DNA of 64,000 nt from Pseudomonadota bacterium (GCA_043825875.1 JBDRRF010000066.1:1-64000); one strand, 5' to 3'. Counted from the first letter of the stretch, positions 46,420 to 58,143 are shown. The notes: generated by a model from the sequence alone, not told the origin. Numbers and translations are program-made.

Positions 46420-48840
46420 TTATGCTTTTGCTTTCCCGTCCTGCTCATCCTTTTTATCATCTGCCGTATATCCCTCAATAGCTAAAGGAAGAACTTCATC
46501 CATCTGTTTTACAGTAATAAATTTGATCTTGCGTTTTACATTTTGAGGTATTTCTTTAAGATCTTTAATATTTTTTTCAGGTATAATTATAGTTTTAATC
46601 CCTGCTCTAAGTGCGCCAAGCGCTTTTTCTTTAAGACCACCAATAGGAAGGACTCTTCCTCTAAGAGTAATTTCACCGGTCATGGCCACATATTTATTAA
46701 TCGGCTTATTTATAAGAACCGAAATAAGAGCAGTTGCCATTGCAATACCTGCTGATGGGCCATCTTTGGGAATTGCTCCTGCCGGAACATGTATATGCAC
46801 ATCGGTATTATCAAAAATATTTTCCTCCAGACCATAAGAAGAAAGATTGGCTCTTGCGTAACTTAGTGCAGCCCTTGCTGATTCCTGCATCACTTCCCCA
46901 AGCTGCCCTGTTATTATCAGCTCCCCTTTTCCTGCAATCAATGCCGCTTCAACATAAAGAACTTCTCCTCCGACCTGTGTCCATGCAAGACCTGTCGAAA
47001 GGCCGATCTGACTCTCCTCCTGATCCATTTCAGGTATAAATTTTGGAACACCTAAGTATTTTTGAAGATTTTTTCTCGAAATATCAAAAGAGCCTTTTTC
47101 GCCTTCAGCAATCTTTCTTGCTACTTTACGGCAGATAGTACCTATCTCTCTTTCAAGATTTCTCAACCCGGCTTCCGATGTGTATTCATTAATTATCTGA
47201 GACATAGCTTCCGAACCGATTGATAGCTTCTTAGTACTTATGCCGTTTTCCTTTGCCTGGCGGGGAAAGAGAAAGGTTTCTGCTATTATTTTCTTTTCTT
47301 CCGAAGTATAGCCGGAAAGGTTAATCACTTCCATTCTGTCTAAAAGAGCGTAAGGAATAGTATCCGTTAAGTTTGCCGTAAGAATAAACATTACCTTTGA
47401 AAGATCAAAAGCAAGATTAAGATAATGATCACTGAAAGCAGAATTCTGCTCCGGATCAAGGGCTTCCAAAAGTGCAGCCGAAGGATCACCGCGAAAATCA
47501 GCTCCTACTTTGTCAATCTCATCCATCATAAAAACAGGGTTGTTTGAACCGCACTGTTTCAAACCGGTTAAGATACGACCGGGAAGTGCCCCTATATATG
47601 TACGTCTATGCCCCCTTATTTCAGCCTCATCCCTTATTCCGCCAAGAGATATCCTGACAAATTTTCTTTTCATTGCAGTCGATATAGCTTTTCCAAGAGA
47701 AGTTTTCCCTACACCGGGAGGGCCTACAAAGCATAAAATAGGACCCTTCATTTTTTGGTTAAGCTTGCGAACGCTAAGATATTCCAGTATCCTGTCTTTT
47801 ACATTATCAAGCCCATAGTGATCTGTATCGAGAACTTTTTTTGCATGTTTGATATTAATAATATCTTTTGTAGCTTTACTCCAGGGAAGTTCAACAAGCC
47901 AGTCGAGATAAGTTCTTATTACAGAAGCTTCTGCAGAATCTGTATGCATCATCTCAAACCGCTTAAGCTGCTTTTCAGCCTCTTTTTCAGCTTCTTTAGA
48001 CATTTTACAGCGTTTTATTTTTTTCCTGTATGAACTCAGCTCCTGGCTTCTTTCATCATTATCACCAAGCTCCTTGTTAATAGCTCTCATCTGCTCTCTT
48101 AGATAGTAATCACGCTGGCTTTTTGATATCTCATCTTTTACATCGGATTGTATCTTGGCCTGCATAGCAGAAAGCTGTACTTCTTTTGATAAAAGTTCAT
48201 TTACTTTCTTAAGACGTTTAAGCGGATTGACAAGTTCCAGCAACTGCTGGGATTCTTCGATTTTAAGCTTAAGGTTTGAGGCAACAAGATCGGCAAGCTT
48301 TCCGGGATCATTTATTCCTTCCAATATAGAACCAACATCACCTGTAAGTTCCCCACGAAAAGCCATTATTTTCTCTGAGTTTTCGCGTACAATTCTCATC
48401 AATGCCTGAATCTCAAGAGAAACCTCCTTTAGAGGCGCCTCGGAAATTCTTTCGATTTTTACACGATAAACTGATTTTCGCCTGACAAAATCCACTATTT
48501 TCGCCTTCGCTACACCTTGTACAAGCGCTTTTACACGGCCATCTGGAAGCTTTAACATTCTTAAAACCTTGCTTACAGTACCAATACGAAACATTTCATC
48601 CTGAGCAGGGTTCTCAACATTAGGATCTTTCTGAGTAACAAGCAGTAAAAAACCGTCTTTTCTAACAGCCTCCTCCACAGCTCTGACCGACTTTTCACGG
48701 CCTACGAAAAGCGGAAGAAGCATGTCGGTAAAAATCACAACATCACGCACCGGCATAAGTGGCATAATTTCCGGAAAATTCGTATCGTTTTCATCCTCTT
48801 CGATCATTTTTATCAGATCATCCTTGTCGGTCTCGGCCAT
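46420..48840 (-). CDS. lon: Lon protease
   Basis: GPPGVGKTS, DEIDK, PKDGPSAG, IGGLKEK. Confidence 0.97.
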   Translation of the reverse strand: MAETDKDDLIKMIEEDENDTNFPEIMPLMPVRDVVIFTDMLLPLFVGREKSVRAVEEAVRKDGFLLLVTQKDPNVENPAQDEMFRIGTVSKVLRMLKLPDGRVKALVQGVAKAKIVDFVRRKSVYRVKIERISEAPLKEVSLEIQALMRIVRENSEKIMAFRGELTGDVGSILEGINDPGKLADLVASNLKLKIEESQQLLELVNPLKRLKKVNELLSKEVQLSAMQAKIQSDVKDEISKSQRDYYLREQMRAINKELGDNDERSQELSSYRKKIKRCKMSKEAEKEAEKQLKRFEMMHTDSAEASVIRTYLDWLVELPWSKATKDIINIKHAKKVLDTDHYGLDNVKDRILEYLSVRKLNQKMKGPILCFVGPPGVGKTSLGKAISTAMKRKFVRISLGGIRDEAEIRGHRRTYIGALPGRILTGLKQCGSNNPVFMMDEIDKVGADFRGDPSAALLEALDPEQNSAFSDHYLNLAFDLSKVMFILTANLTDTIPYALLDRMEVINLSGYTSEEKKIIAETFLFPRQAKENGISTKKLSIGSEAMSQIINEYTSEAGLRNLEREIGTICRKVARKIAEGEKGSFDISRKNLQKYLGVPKFIPEMDQEESQIGLSTGLAWTQVGGEVLYVEAALIAGKGELIITGQLGEVMQESARAALSYARANLSSYGLEENIFDNTDVHIHVPAGAIPKDGPSAGIAMATALISVLINKPINKYVAMTGEITLRGRVLPIGGLKEKALGALRAGIKTIIIPEKNIKDLKEIPQNVKRKIKFITVKQMDEVLPLAIEGYTADDKKDEQDGKAKA

Positions 48841-49158
48841 TTTTTCTCCTGCATATCTTATTTGCTATAACAACTTAAAGTTATAAGCATAAAATTAACG
48901 TGAAATTTCAATTTTATTGTTCTTCCATATTATATTACATTTTTTTACGAGTCATGAACAATATAAATCAGGTTTATAAACATATAACAATATATTATTT
49001 TGGCAATAACAGGCTTGATTTTTTTATTCAATATACATAAGTTACATATTAGTAAACTTAACAGAGATATGTAATTGAAAATATCCCGAATATACAATTT
49101 ATTTTTATAATTCAAATGCCAAAAATCACCAAACAGTTAACATATTATTTTTATATCC

Positions 49159-49950
49159 ATGAAAGGCTTTGTTATGTATAATTATGTTATCCATATATTA
49201 ACATTTATATTCGGGCTTTGTATAGGAAGTTTCATGAATGTGTGCATATACAGGCTTCCTCTTTCAAAATCAATTGTCACACCCCGTTCAATGTGCCCCG
49301 GCTGTGGTAGCTTTATAAATTTTTACGATAATATCCCGGTCTTAAGCTACATATTCCTTAGGGGAAAATGCAGAAAATGTAACATACATATTCCTTTGCG
49401 CTATCCTTTGGTTGAAATTATAAGCGGCTTTGCCGCTCTTTCATGTTTTATTAAATTCGGACTTTCAGTGGAAACGTTAGTATATTTTGCTTTTACGGCC
49501 GCACTTATTGTAATTACTTTTATTGATATTGACCATCAAATTATACCTGATGTTATATCTTTGCCCGGTATACCGATAGGTTTATTGCTGGCATCATTTT
49601 TTCTGCCGTCGATGAACTTTAAAGAATCTATTATAGGAATTCTTGCCGGCGGAGGAAGCTTGTTTGCCGTAGCCTGGATATACAGTCTTATCACAAAAAA
49701 AGAAGGCATGGGTGGCGGCGACATAAAGCTTCTTGCAATGATAGGCTCCTTTATTGGATGGCAAGGAGTTTTATTTACTATTTTTACCGCTTCCTTGACC
49801 GGAACGATAGTCGGAATTACAGTTATGCTTAAAACCAGAAAAAATGTAAAACTGGCTGTACCCTTTGGACCGTTTCTTTCTATCGGAGCAATCTTATATA
49901 TCCTTTTCGGGACAGAAATGATTTCATGGTATTTTAATATATTGAAATAA
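49159..49950 (+). CDS. pilD: Prepilin peptidase/N-methyltransferase
   Basis: GSFMNVCIYR, CPGC, CRKC, MGGGDIKL, PFGPFL. Confidence 0.94.
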   Translation: MKGFVMYNYVIHILTFIFGLCIGSFMNVCIYRLPLSKSIVTPRSMCPGCGSFINFYDNIPVLSYIFLRGKCRKCNIHIPLRYPLVEIISGFAALSCFIKFGLSVETLVYFAFTAALIVITFIDIDHQIIPDVISLPGIPIGLLLASFFLPSMNFKESIIGILAGGGSLFAVAWIYSLITKKEGMGGGDIKLLAMIGSFIGWQGVLFTIFTASLTGTIVGITVMLKTRKNVKLAVPFGPFLSIGAILYILFGTEMISWYFNILK

Positions 49951-50191
49951 CACATGAAATATATTTCATTTTCTGCTTGCGCCAAAACCGCGGTTTTACC
50001 GGATTAAAAAAATGCGCGAAACATCAGGTATTTTAATTGGATATTTTATACCCATATGTTGATCCGTATCCATCATTTATGCATACAGTTTATCCATAAC
50101 CCGTTTTATTTTCAAAAAACTCTTTTTGTAAACTGACAGAATATCTCTTTGATTAAATAAGTTATAAATAATTTATGGCCCATTGATAAAA

Positions 50192-50207
50192 TGGCACACA
50201 GGTTGCT
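50192..50207 (+). promoter_or_regulatory. Sigma-54 (-24/-12) promoter
   Basis: TGGCAC-ACAGG-TTGCT matches TGGCAC-N5-TTGC, upstream of a ZraP-like gene. Confidence 0.85.
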
Positions 50208-50272
50208 TTACAAGAAAGCAAGCGCTGGCAAAACCACCATCATGAATTAACACATCACAAATAGGAGGTATT

Positions 50273-50743
50273 ATGAAAAAACAATTTTTGACAATCTTTC
50301 TGGCTATGGCAATCATTGCCTTTGGTATTACCGCATTTGCAGGTCAGGAAAAGGGATACGGCCCAGGAAAAGGTCAGGGGTATGGGCCAAGTGACGGACA
50401 TGGATATGACCGAGGTTCCTGTTATATGAAAAATCTCAGTGATGATGAAATGAAAAAAGCAGAGGAAGAACGCAAAGCTTTTTTTAAGGCAACTGAAGAG
50501 CTAAGGCAGGAAATCTATTCAAAAGAACTTGAATTAAAAAGTGAAATCGCTAAAAAAAATACGGATATTGAAAAAGCCCAAAAAATTCAAAAAGAAATTT
50601 CCGAACTTAAAGCTCAGTTTGACCAGAAACGGCTGGATCATAAGTTGAAAATGAAATCGATAAATCCTTCATTAATCAGAGGGTTTGGCGGTCGCAAGCA
50701 TGGACGTATGATGAATAAACCCTGCATGAAAAATATGAAATAA
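50273..50743 (+). CDS. Periplasmic Spy/CpxP/ZraP-family chaperone or metal sensor
   Basis: Signal peptide, Gly-rich GYG repeats, LRQEIYSKELEL...QKEISELK helices. Confidence 0.85.
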   Translation: MKKQFLTIFLAMAIIAFGITAFAGQEKGYGPGKGQGYGPSDGHGYDRGSCYMKNLSDDEMKKAEEERKAFFKATEELRQEIYSKELELKSEIAKKNTDIEKAQKIQKEISELKAQFDQKRLDHKLKMKSINPSLIRGFGGRKHGRMMNKPCMKNMK

Positions 50744-50766
50744 ATAAAAAATACTTAAAGGTTCTG

Positions 50767-50800
50767 ACAGGCCGGTGGCAAATTAGCTCCGGCCTGTTTT
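50767..50800. terminator. Intrinsic terminator between convergent genes
   Basis: ACAGGCCGG...CCGGCCTGTTTT. Confidence 0.75.
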
Positions 50801-50809
50801 ATAAAAAAC

Positions 50810-51415
50810 TTATAGAATGGATACATCTCCAATTCCTTGCCGGATAACCTCAGGAATATCATCAATCAGTGAAACAACACTTGATGGTTGTCCTGCAACC
50901 GGCCCCCCATCAATTACTACGCTGATTCGTGTATTATAATATTCATTGATTAAAGACGGATTATCGAAGACAGTGCCATCCGGCATAGTGGCACTGGTTG
51001 TAATAACAGGATTTCCAAGCTCCTCAACAAGAGCAAGGCAAATTTTATTGTTTGGCACCCTGATTCCTGCTGTTTTCCGGTTTGTAAGCATTATTTTAGG
51101 GACCAGCTTTGATCCTTCAAGAACAAAAGTGTACGGCCCGGGCAAAAGTCTTTTCATTGTCTTGTAAGCATAGTTTGATACCTTGGCGTAATCACTTATG
51201 TTTTTCAATCCTGAACATATGAAACTAAAAGGCCTGTTTTTATCCCTTTGTTTTAATAAATAAATTTTCTCGATAGCCTTTTTGTTCATTATATCACAGC
51301 CAATTCCATAATATGTATCGGTTGGATAAGCTATGACCCCACCCTTCTTAAGTATATCAACTACCTTGCTGATAAGACGTTTCTGTGGATTTACAGGATT
51401 GACTTCTAAAAGCAT
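50810..51415 (-). CDS. Sua5/YciO/YrdC-family protein
   Basis: YPTDTYYG, PGPYT, GIRVP, TTSA; start MLLEV. Confidence 0.9.
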   Translation of the reverse strand: MLLEVNPVNPQKRLISKVVDILKKGGVIAYPTDTYYGIGCDIMNKKAIEKIYLLKQRDKNRPFSFICSGLKNISDYAKVSNYAYKTMKRLLPGPYTFVLEGSKLVPKIMLTNRKTAGIRVPNNKICLALVEELGNPVITTSATMPDGTVFDNPSLINEYYNTRISVVIDGGPVAGQPSSVVSLIDDIPEVIRQGIGDVSIL

Positions 51416-51747
51416 AATTATTCTTTCAGTAAAAGAGTTGATACAGCGGTATGAAGTATCTTTTTTTAAATAAATCAAAAATAATAATCCATTATTTAAT
51501 ACATCTACTATTTCATTGTCAAGTGAAGGGAATTTAATCTTGCCAAAAATATACTATTCTGATAGTTAAAAAATTTTATAAAAATCCCTATCCGGCCCTT
51601 CCTTCTTTATAAGCTTTATAAGAAGGAGGAAAAATTAAAGGTGATTTTGGTTCTTATGCAGCCTTGATCAGGTAAATTATCATAATTCTTGCTATTCCAA
51701 CAGTTTAATAAATAGTAAATTTATAACTTAGCAGTATACTAATTACT

Positions 51748-53223
51748 GTGGAGGAACTCATGTTAAAAACAGAAATTGAGGAAGCCTATTCTTTTGACGA
51801 TGTTTTGCTCGTACCAAACTATTCAGAAGTGCTGCCTAAAGATATCGATACAACTACACAGCTAACTAAAAATATTACATTAAATATTCCGATTGTAAGT
51901 GCTGCCATGGATACGGTAACTGAATCACAAACGGCTATAAGCATGGCCAGAGAAGGTGGAATCGGTTTTATCCACAGAAATATGAGCATAAAAAGTCAGG
52001 CGGTTGAAGTTGATAAAGTTAAGAAATCGGAAAGTGGTATGATAGTTGATCCAATCACTATAAATCCCGATCATAAAGTTTATGAAGTTGTACAGTTGAT
52101 GGAAGAATACAGAATTTCAGGCGTACCCGTCACAAAAGGCGATAAACTTGTTGGAATTGTAACAAACAGGGACTTGCGTTTCGAAACCAATCTTGACAAG
52201 AAAGTATGTGATGTAATGACAAAGGATAATCTTGTTACAGTTTCTGAAGGCATCTCGCTTGAAGATTCAAAAAAACTTTTACATGAGCACAGGATTGAAA
52301 AACTTCTTGTAGTTGATAAAAAAGGCCGCCTTGCTGGTATGATAACTATAAAAGATATTGAAAAAATAAAAAAATATCCGAATGCATGTAAAGATAAAAT
52401 GGGAAGACTCAGAGTAGGAGCTGCCGTAGGCGTTGGTCCTGATATACTAGAACGTACAGAAAAGCTTCTCGGCGCAGGCGCTGATGTAATTCTTATTGAT
52501 ACAGCTCACGGACATACTAAAAATGTTATAGAAGCTGTCAAGATTTTAAAAAGCACCTTTAAAGATATTGAACTTATAGCCGGAAATATTGCAACGGAAA
52601 AAGGAGCAAACGCTCTTGTAAAGGCCGGGGCTGATGGAGTGAAAATCGGAATCGGCCCTGGCTCTATTTGCACAACCCGTATAGTTGCCGGAGCAGGAGT
52701 ACCTCAGTTAACAGCAATATTGAACTGCAAAAAGGTTGCGGATAACACAGGAATTCCGCTTATTGCCGATGGTGGCATCAAGTTTTCAGGAGATCTTGCA
52801 AAGGCACTGGGAGCAGGTGCACATGTAATCATGATAGGCGGATTATTTGCCGGAACAGAGGAAAGCCCTGGTGAATCAATCTTTTTCCAGGGACGAACAT
52901 ATAAGGTTTACAGGGGAATGGGGTCCATTGAGGCCATGAAATCAGGAAGCAAAGACAGATATCACCAGGAGCATCAGGATGAAGACGACAAGCTTGTTCC
53001 GGAAGGAATTGTGGGCCGTGTTCCTTACAGAGGTTCTCTTTCGGCAAACATTTTACAACTTGTAGGGGGGCTTAAAGCCGGAATGGGATATGTTGGATGT
53101 AAAAATCTGAAAGAATTAAGGAAAAAAGCAAAATTTATTAAGATATCTGCCGCAGGATTAAGAGAAAGTCATGTTCATGACGTAATTATAACTAAAGAAG
53201 CACCCAATTACAGACTTGACTGA
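51748..53223 (+). CDS. guaB: IMP dehydrogenase
   Basis: [11 protein letters not shown] pair, [21 protein letters not shown]. Confidence 0.97.
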   Translation: MEELMLKTEIEEAYSFDDVLLVPNYSEVLPKDIDTTTQLTKNITLNIPIVSAAMDTVTESQTAISMAREGGIGFIHRNMSIKSQAVEVDKVKKSESGMIVDPITINPDHKVYEVVQLMEEYRISGVPVTKGDKLVGIVTNRDLRFETNLDKKVCDVMTKDNLVTVSEGISLEDSKKLLHEHRIEKLLVVDKKGRLAGMITIKDIEKIKKYPNACKDKMGRLRVGAAVGVGPDILERTEKLLGAGADVILIDTAHGHTKNVIEAVKILKSTFKDIELIAGNIATEKGANALVKAGADGVKIGIGPGSICTTRIVAGAGVPQLTAILNCKKVADNTGIPLIADGGIKFSGDLAKALGAGAHVIMIGGLFAGTEESPGESIFFQGRTYKVYRGMGSIEAMKSGSKDRYHQEHQDEDDKLVPEGIVGRVPYRGSLSANILQLVGGLKAGMGYVGCKNLKELRKKAKFIKISAAGLRESHVHDVIITKEAPNYRLD

Positions 53224-53237
53224 AATTAGGTTTAATA

Positions 53238-56200
53238 ATGTCAAATACATCTTTTCCTTTTGTTCATCTTCATGTTCATACTCAATACAGTCTTCTTGAC
53301 GGAGCCATAAGATTCAAACATCTTTTTAACCGTGCACATGATTTTAAAATGGATTCTGTTGCAATAACCGATCACGGCAGTATGTTCGGAGCTTTGGAAT
53401 TTTATTCAAACGCAATTGAGAATAATATAAAACCTATCATTGGATGCGAATGTTATCTGGCGCCACGTAAACTTACAGATAAAACTTCCATAGATGGCAA
53501 AGGGCTTTCTCATCTTATACTTCTTGCTGAAAATAACGAAGGCTATAGAAATCTTTGCAAACTTGCATCAATTGCCCAGCTTAAAGGTTTTTACTATAAG
53601 CCCCGAATAGATAAAGAAGTACTTCAAAAATACAGCAAAGGCCTCATTGCTCTTTCAGCATGTCTTCATGGCGAAATTCCTACGCTTATAGGCGAAGGGA
53701 ATATCAAGGACGCCGATAATGCCGCACGTTTTTATCAGGATTTGTTTGGTGAAACCAATTTTTTCCTAGAACTTCAGCATAACGGGATAGAAATTCAAAA
53801 CAAGATAAATGAAGCTCTTGTTGATATGGGCAAAAGACTTTCCATACCACTTGTTGCAACCAATGACTGCCATTATCTTAACAAGGAAGATGCCCGTGCG
53901 CATGAAATTCTTTTATGCATACAAACGGGAAAAACAGTAAAAGATCCTTCTCATTTCAAATTTGAAACCGACCAGCTTTATTTCAAGTCCGGCGATGAGA
54001 TGAATTCCTTTTTCGCAGCAACCCCTGATGCGCTTAAAAATACCACAGAAATTGCAAAAAGATGCAATGTGGAAATGGATTTTAACAATTACCATTTCCC
54101 GTTGTTTACTACAATCGCAGGCCAAAGCGAACAGGAACTTCTTGAGCAAAAAGTTGCCGAAGGTTTTGAGCAGGTTCTTGCAAAAATTAAACTAAAAAAT
54201 CCATCTATAGATGAAAATCTATACAGGGAACGCTTAAAACATGAAATGTCGGTTATTATTTCAATGGGCTTTCCCGGGTATTTTCTGATTGTCTCTGATT
54301 TTATACAATATGCCAAAGATAATAATATCCCAGTCGGCCCCGGACGAGGATCTGCAGCTGGAAGTCTTGTCGCATACTCGCTTGGAATTACCAATCTTGA
54401 TCCAATCGAACATGGTCTTATTTTTGAACGGTTCTTAAATCCGGCACGTAAAAGTATGCCGGATATCGATGTCGATTTCTGCATAAACGGTCGTGACAGG
54501 GTTCTAAAGTACGTTGTAGAAAAATACGGTGAAAACAGGGTTTCCCAGATTATCACATTCGGATCAATGAAGCCCAGAGCTGTAATACGTGATGTCGGAC
54601 GCGCATTAGATATTCCTTTGCGCGAAGTAGATGAAATTGCAAAGATGATTCCCGATGTTTTAAATATAAGCCTTGATGAAGCATTAAAACAGGAACCAAA
54701 GCTGTCGGAGCTTGTCAAACAGCGATCTGATATTGCAGAACTAATTGCCATTTGCCGCACGCTTGAAGGATTAACCCGTCATGCATCGACACATGCTGCC
54801 GGAGTTGTTATTTCAGATAAACCACTCGATGAATATCTGCCTCTTTACAAGGGTAAAAACGGCGAACTTGTTACACAGTTTGATATGAAGCGGGTTGAAA
54901 AGATAGGGCTTGTAAAGTTCGATTTTTTAGGACTTCGCAACTTAACTGTAATTGCAAACACACTTTCCCTTATTTTAAAACAAGGCAAAACACCTCCTGA
55001 TATCGATAACCTTGACCTTAATGATCCGGCTGCGTATCAACTGCTTTCAGAAGGAAATACTACCGGAGTATTCCAGCTTGAAAGCAAAGGGATGAAGGAG
55101 CTTTTAAAAAGAGTCCGACCCGAGAATTTTGAAGATATAACGGCGCTTGTAGCTCTTTACAGACCTGGCCCATTAGAAAGCGGAATGATTGATGATTATG
55201 TGGAAAGAAAGCACGGCAGAAAATCTGTTGAATATCTTGTGCCTGAACTTGAACCCATACTTAAAGAAACTTATGGAGTAATAGTATATCAGGAACAGGT
55301 AATGAAAATTGCCGGTGTTATAGCTGGTTATTCCATGGCTGAAGCCGATGATCTTAGAAAAGCAATGGGTAAGAAGATCGTAGAAATTATGGCTGCACAA
55401 AGGAAACGTTTTGTTAGTGGTGCAACCTCAAAAGGCGTACCGAAAGAAAAAGCTGATACACTATTTGCCCTTATTGATAAGTTCGGCGGTTATGGATTTA
55501 ACAAATCTCACAGTGCGGCATATGCACTTATCGCATACCAAACCGCATATCTGAAAGCACACTACCAGGTTGAATTCATGGCCTCACTATTAACCAGTGA
55601 AATGGGCTCTACAGATAGTGTTGTTAAATATATTTCCGAGTGCGCAAGCCATGACGTTCCTGTTCTTCCCCCTGATATTAATGAAAGCGACAGGGATTTT
55701 TCCGTAAACAACCAAAAGATAAGGTTCGGTCTTGTAGCAGTCAAAAACGTGGGAGAAGGCGCTATTGATGCAGTAGTTGAAACAAGAAATATTAAGAAAT
55801 TTACTTCTCTGTTTGACTTTTGCGAACGGGTTGATCTTAAAAAAGTTAATAAACGCGTTATAGAAAGCCTGATAAAATGCGGAGCATTCGATTTAACAGG
55901 AAGCTTTCGTTCAAGAATGATGGCTTCTCTTGAAGATGCTGTTGAATACGGACAGAGAGTCCAAAGAGAAAAAAACAGTCCGCAAATAGGTTTGTTCGGA
56001 TCTATTGAAGATAATGGAGCATTACCTGATACTCCCGCAATTCCTGAAATTGATGAATGGAACGAAAAAGAACTTCTTGGTTTTGAAAAAGAATATCTTG
56101 GTTTTTACATCACCGGGCATCCGCTCAACAAGTATAAAGAACTTCTTCTAAAATATACCAACACGGATTCTCTTGCTATAAAAGATATGAATGACGGTGA

Positions 56201-56762
56201 AATTGCAAGATTCGGCGGAATAATAACAAGCACAAGAGTAATTAAAACCAGGAAAGGTGATGACATGGCATATGTCGTAACGGAAGATATGCACGGAAGT
56301 ATTGAAACCACTGTTTTCCCTTCCGTTTATGCTTTTGCCTTTGATGAAATTGCTACAGACAAACCTGTTATTATCCAGGGCAAGATTCAAAAAGATGAGA
56401 AATCATTAAAAGTGCTTGCCGATGCTATCATTCCGTTTGAAAAAGTTGAAGAAAAATGGACATCAGAAATACATTTTAATATCGATATAGCAACATCTTC
56501 AAAAGATTCGCTTTTGAAATTGAAAAATATTATTATAAACCACTCGGGCTTGTCTAAAGGTTTTGTACATTTAATAGACCCTGGAAAATCGGATATTATC
56601 ATAGAACTTCCGGATACAATGAAATTAAAGCCCGGTTTTTTACTTGAAAAAGAAGTAAATATACTTTTTGGATACAATGCTGTGGAAAGTGTATGCAAAC
56701 CTATAGAACTTCATGCAGTAAACAATCATAGTAAATATCACAAAAAAAGCAGAAGTATTTAA
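53238..56762 (+). CDS. dnaE: DNA polymerase III alpha subunit
   Basis: HLHVHTQYSLLDGA, GRGSAAGS, MPDIDVDF, KFDFLGL, YGFNKSH; no intein evident from length. Confidence 0.97.
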   Translation: MSNTSFPFVHLHVHTQYSLLDGAIRFKHLFNRAHDFKMDSVAITDHGSMFGALEFYSNAIENNIKPIIGCECYLAPRKLTDKTSIDGKGLSHLILLAENNEGYRNLCKLASIAQLKGFYYKPRIDKEVLQKYSKGLIALSACLHGEIPTLIGEGNIKDADNAARFYQDLFGETNFFLELQHNGIEIQNKINEALVDMGKRLSIPLVATNDCHYLNKEDARAHEILLCIQTGKTVKDPSHFKFETDQLYFKSGDEMNSFFAATPDALKNTTEIAKRCNVEMDFNNYHFPLFTTIAGQSEQELLEQKVAEGFEQVLAKIKLKNPSIDENLYRERLKHEMSVIISMGFPGYFLIVSDFIQYAKDNNIPVGPGRGSAAGSLVAYSLGITNLDPIEHGLIFERFLNPARKSMPDIDVDFCINGRDRVLKYVVEKYGENRVSQIITFGSMKPRAVIRDVGRALDIPLREVDEIAKMIPDVLNISLDEALKQEPKLSELVKQRSDIAELIAICRTLEGLTRHASTHAAGVVISDKPLDEYLPLYKGKNGELVTQFDMKRVEKIGLVKFDFLGLRNLTVIANTLSLILKQGKTPPDIDNLDLNDPAAYQLLSEGNTTGVFQLESKGMKELLKRVRPENFEDITALVALYRPGPLESGMIDDYVERKHGRKSVEYLVPELEPILKETYGVIVYQEQVMKIAGVIAGYSMAEADDLRKAMGKKIVEIMAAQRKRFVSGATSKGVPKEKADTLFALIDKFGGYGFNKSHSAAYALIAYQTAYLKAHYQVEFMASLLTSEMGSTDSVVKYISECASHDVPVLPPDINESDRDFSVNNQKIRFGLVAVKNVGEGAIDAVVETRNIKKFTSLFDFCERVDLKKVNKRVIESLIKCGAFDLTGSFRSRMMASLEDAVEYGQRVQREKNSPQIGLFGSIEDNGALPDTPAIPEIDEWNEKELLGFEKEYLGFYITGHPLNKYKELLLKYTNTDSLAIKDMNDGEIARFGGIITSTRVIKTRKGDDMAYVVTEDMHGSIETTVFPSVYAFAFDEIATDKPVIIQGKIQKDEKSLKVLADAIIPFEKVEEKWTSEIHFNIDIATSSKDSLLKLKNIIINHSGLSKGFVHLIDPGKSDIIIELPDTMKLKPGFLLEKEVNILFGYNAVESVCKPIELHAVNNHSKYHKKSRSI

Positions 56763-56770
56763 ATAACAAT

Positions 56771-58129
56771 ATGCAACCAACAACAAACAATATCTATTCC
56801 GTTCTTCTTGCAGGTGGAACCGGAACCCGTCTATGGCCTGTTTCAAGAGAGCTATATCCAAAACAGCTTGTAAGATTTATCGGCAATTATTCCTTAGTCC
56901 AGAGTACTATAAAAAGGCTTGAATCCGTTATAGACGCAGATAAAATAAAAATAGTATGCGCAAAGGAACACCTGCATGAAACTGCAAGGCATATGCAAGA
57001 AATAGGTGTAAATCCGGATGGTAAAATAATATGCGAGCCCTGCGGACGTAATACGGCACCTGCGATTTTACTTGCAGTATTGAATATTATAAAGATTAAA
57101 GAAGACGCGATAATTTGTGTATTTCCAGCAGACCATGTTATAAAAAATATCTCTCTCTTTAATAAGAAACTTAAATCAGCCATAAAATTAGCTGAAAAAG
57201 GCTACATTGTCACATTCGGAATAAAGCCCGATTATCCTGAAACAGGATACGGCTATATAGAGGCAAGTAGTAAAGTTTCACCTGATGGACACCATATCAA
57301 CAGATTTGTAGAAAAGCCGGATAAAAAAACAGCCCTGCAATATATAAAAGCCGGAAATTTTTACTGGAACAGCGGTATGTTTGTCTTTAAAGCTGAAGTA
57401 ATGCTTGAAGAATTCAAAAAATTTACACCCTCTCTTTTTGAAATGATGACAAATATAACCTCAAAAAAAAACCAATTTACAAAAAAGCATTATGGAGAAT
57501 TAGAAGATATTCCCATAGATATTGCAATAATGGAAAAAACTGAAAAAGGATTGGTTATTCCTTCCGATTTTGGTTGGAGTGATATCGGATCATGGAAATC
57601 ATTGTATGATTTTCTGCCCAAAGATAAAACAAAAAATGTACTTGATGGTGATGTTGTTACCGAGAATACAAAAAATTGTTTTATCATGGGACGCGAAAGG
57701 CTTATAGCTGCAAACCATCTTGAAAATATTGTTATAGTTGAAACCCCCGATTCTGTTTTTGTGTCAGATATTGCTAACAGCAGAAACGTCAAAAATATAG
57801 TATCAAAACTAAAGAAAAGTAAACGCAAAGAATATAAACGTCACAAAACGGTTTACTACCAATGGGGAAATATCACTCTTCTTGAACAAAAAAAGGGGTT
57901 TACTGTTACAAATATAATTGTATACCCCGGTTCATTATATAAGATTTCCAATCCATACGGCAGGACTAAGCAATATCTTGCGGTAGACGGAATTGCAAAA
58001 ATTGAGTCAGGCAATAAAACTCTAAAACTTATTAAAGGAAAATCCTTTGTTTTTTCAGAAAAAAAAACCGTAAGCATTTCAAACCCCAATGATAGCTCTA
58101 TTGAGTTGATTTGTGTGGAAACAGCATAA
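56771..58129 (+). CDS. manC: Mannose-1-phosphate guanylyltransferase with degenerate cupin domain
   Basis: LAGGTGTRLWPVSR..PKQ, EPCGRNTAPA, FVEKP, WSDIGSW. Confidence 0.92.
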   Translation: MQPTTNNIYSVLLAGGTGTRLWPVSRELYPKQLVRFIGNYSLVQSTIKRLESVIDADKIKIVCAKEHLHETARHMQEIGVNPDGKIICEPCGRNTAPAILLAVLNIIKIKEDAIICVFPADHVIKNISLFNKKLKSAIKLAEKGYIVTFGIKPDYPETGYGYIEASSKVSPDGHHINRFVEKPDKKTALQYIKAGNFYWNSGMFVFKAEVMLEEFKKFTPSLFEMMTNITSKKNQFTKKHYGELEDIPIDIAIMEKTEKGLVIPSDFGWSDIGSWKSLYDFLPKDKTKNVLDGDVVTENTKNCFIMGRERLIAANHLENIVIVETPDSVFVSDIANSRNVKNIVSKLKKSKRKEYKRHKTVYYQWGNITLLEQKKGFTVTNIIVYPGSLYKISNPYGRTKQYLAVDGIAKIESGNKTLKLIKGKSFVFSEKKTVSISNPNDSSIELICVETA

Positions 58130-58143
58130 AGGAATCATTAATT

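Noticed and set aside
54089..54760. 223-aa antisense ORF within dnaE and similar antisense ORFs in housekeeping genes
   Set aside because: Shadow frames of conserved genes with no independent signals.
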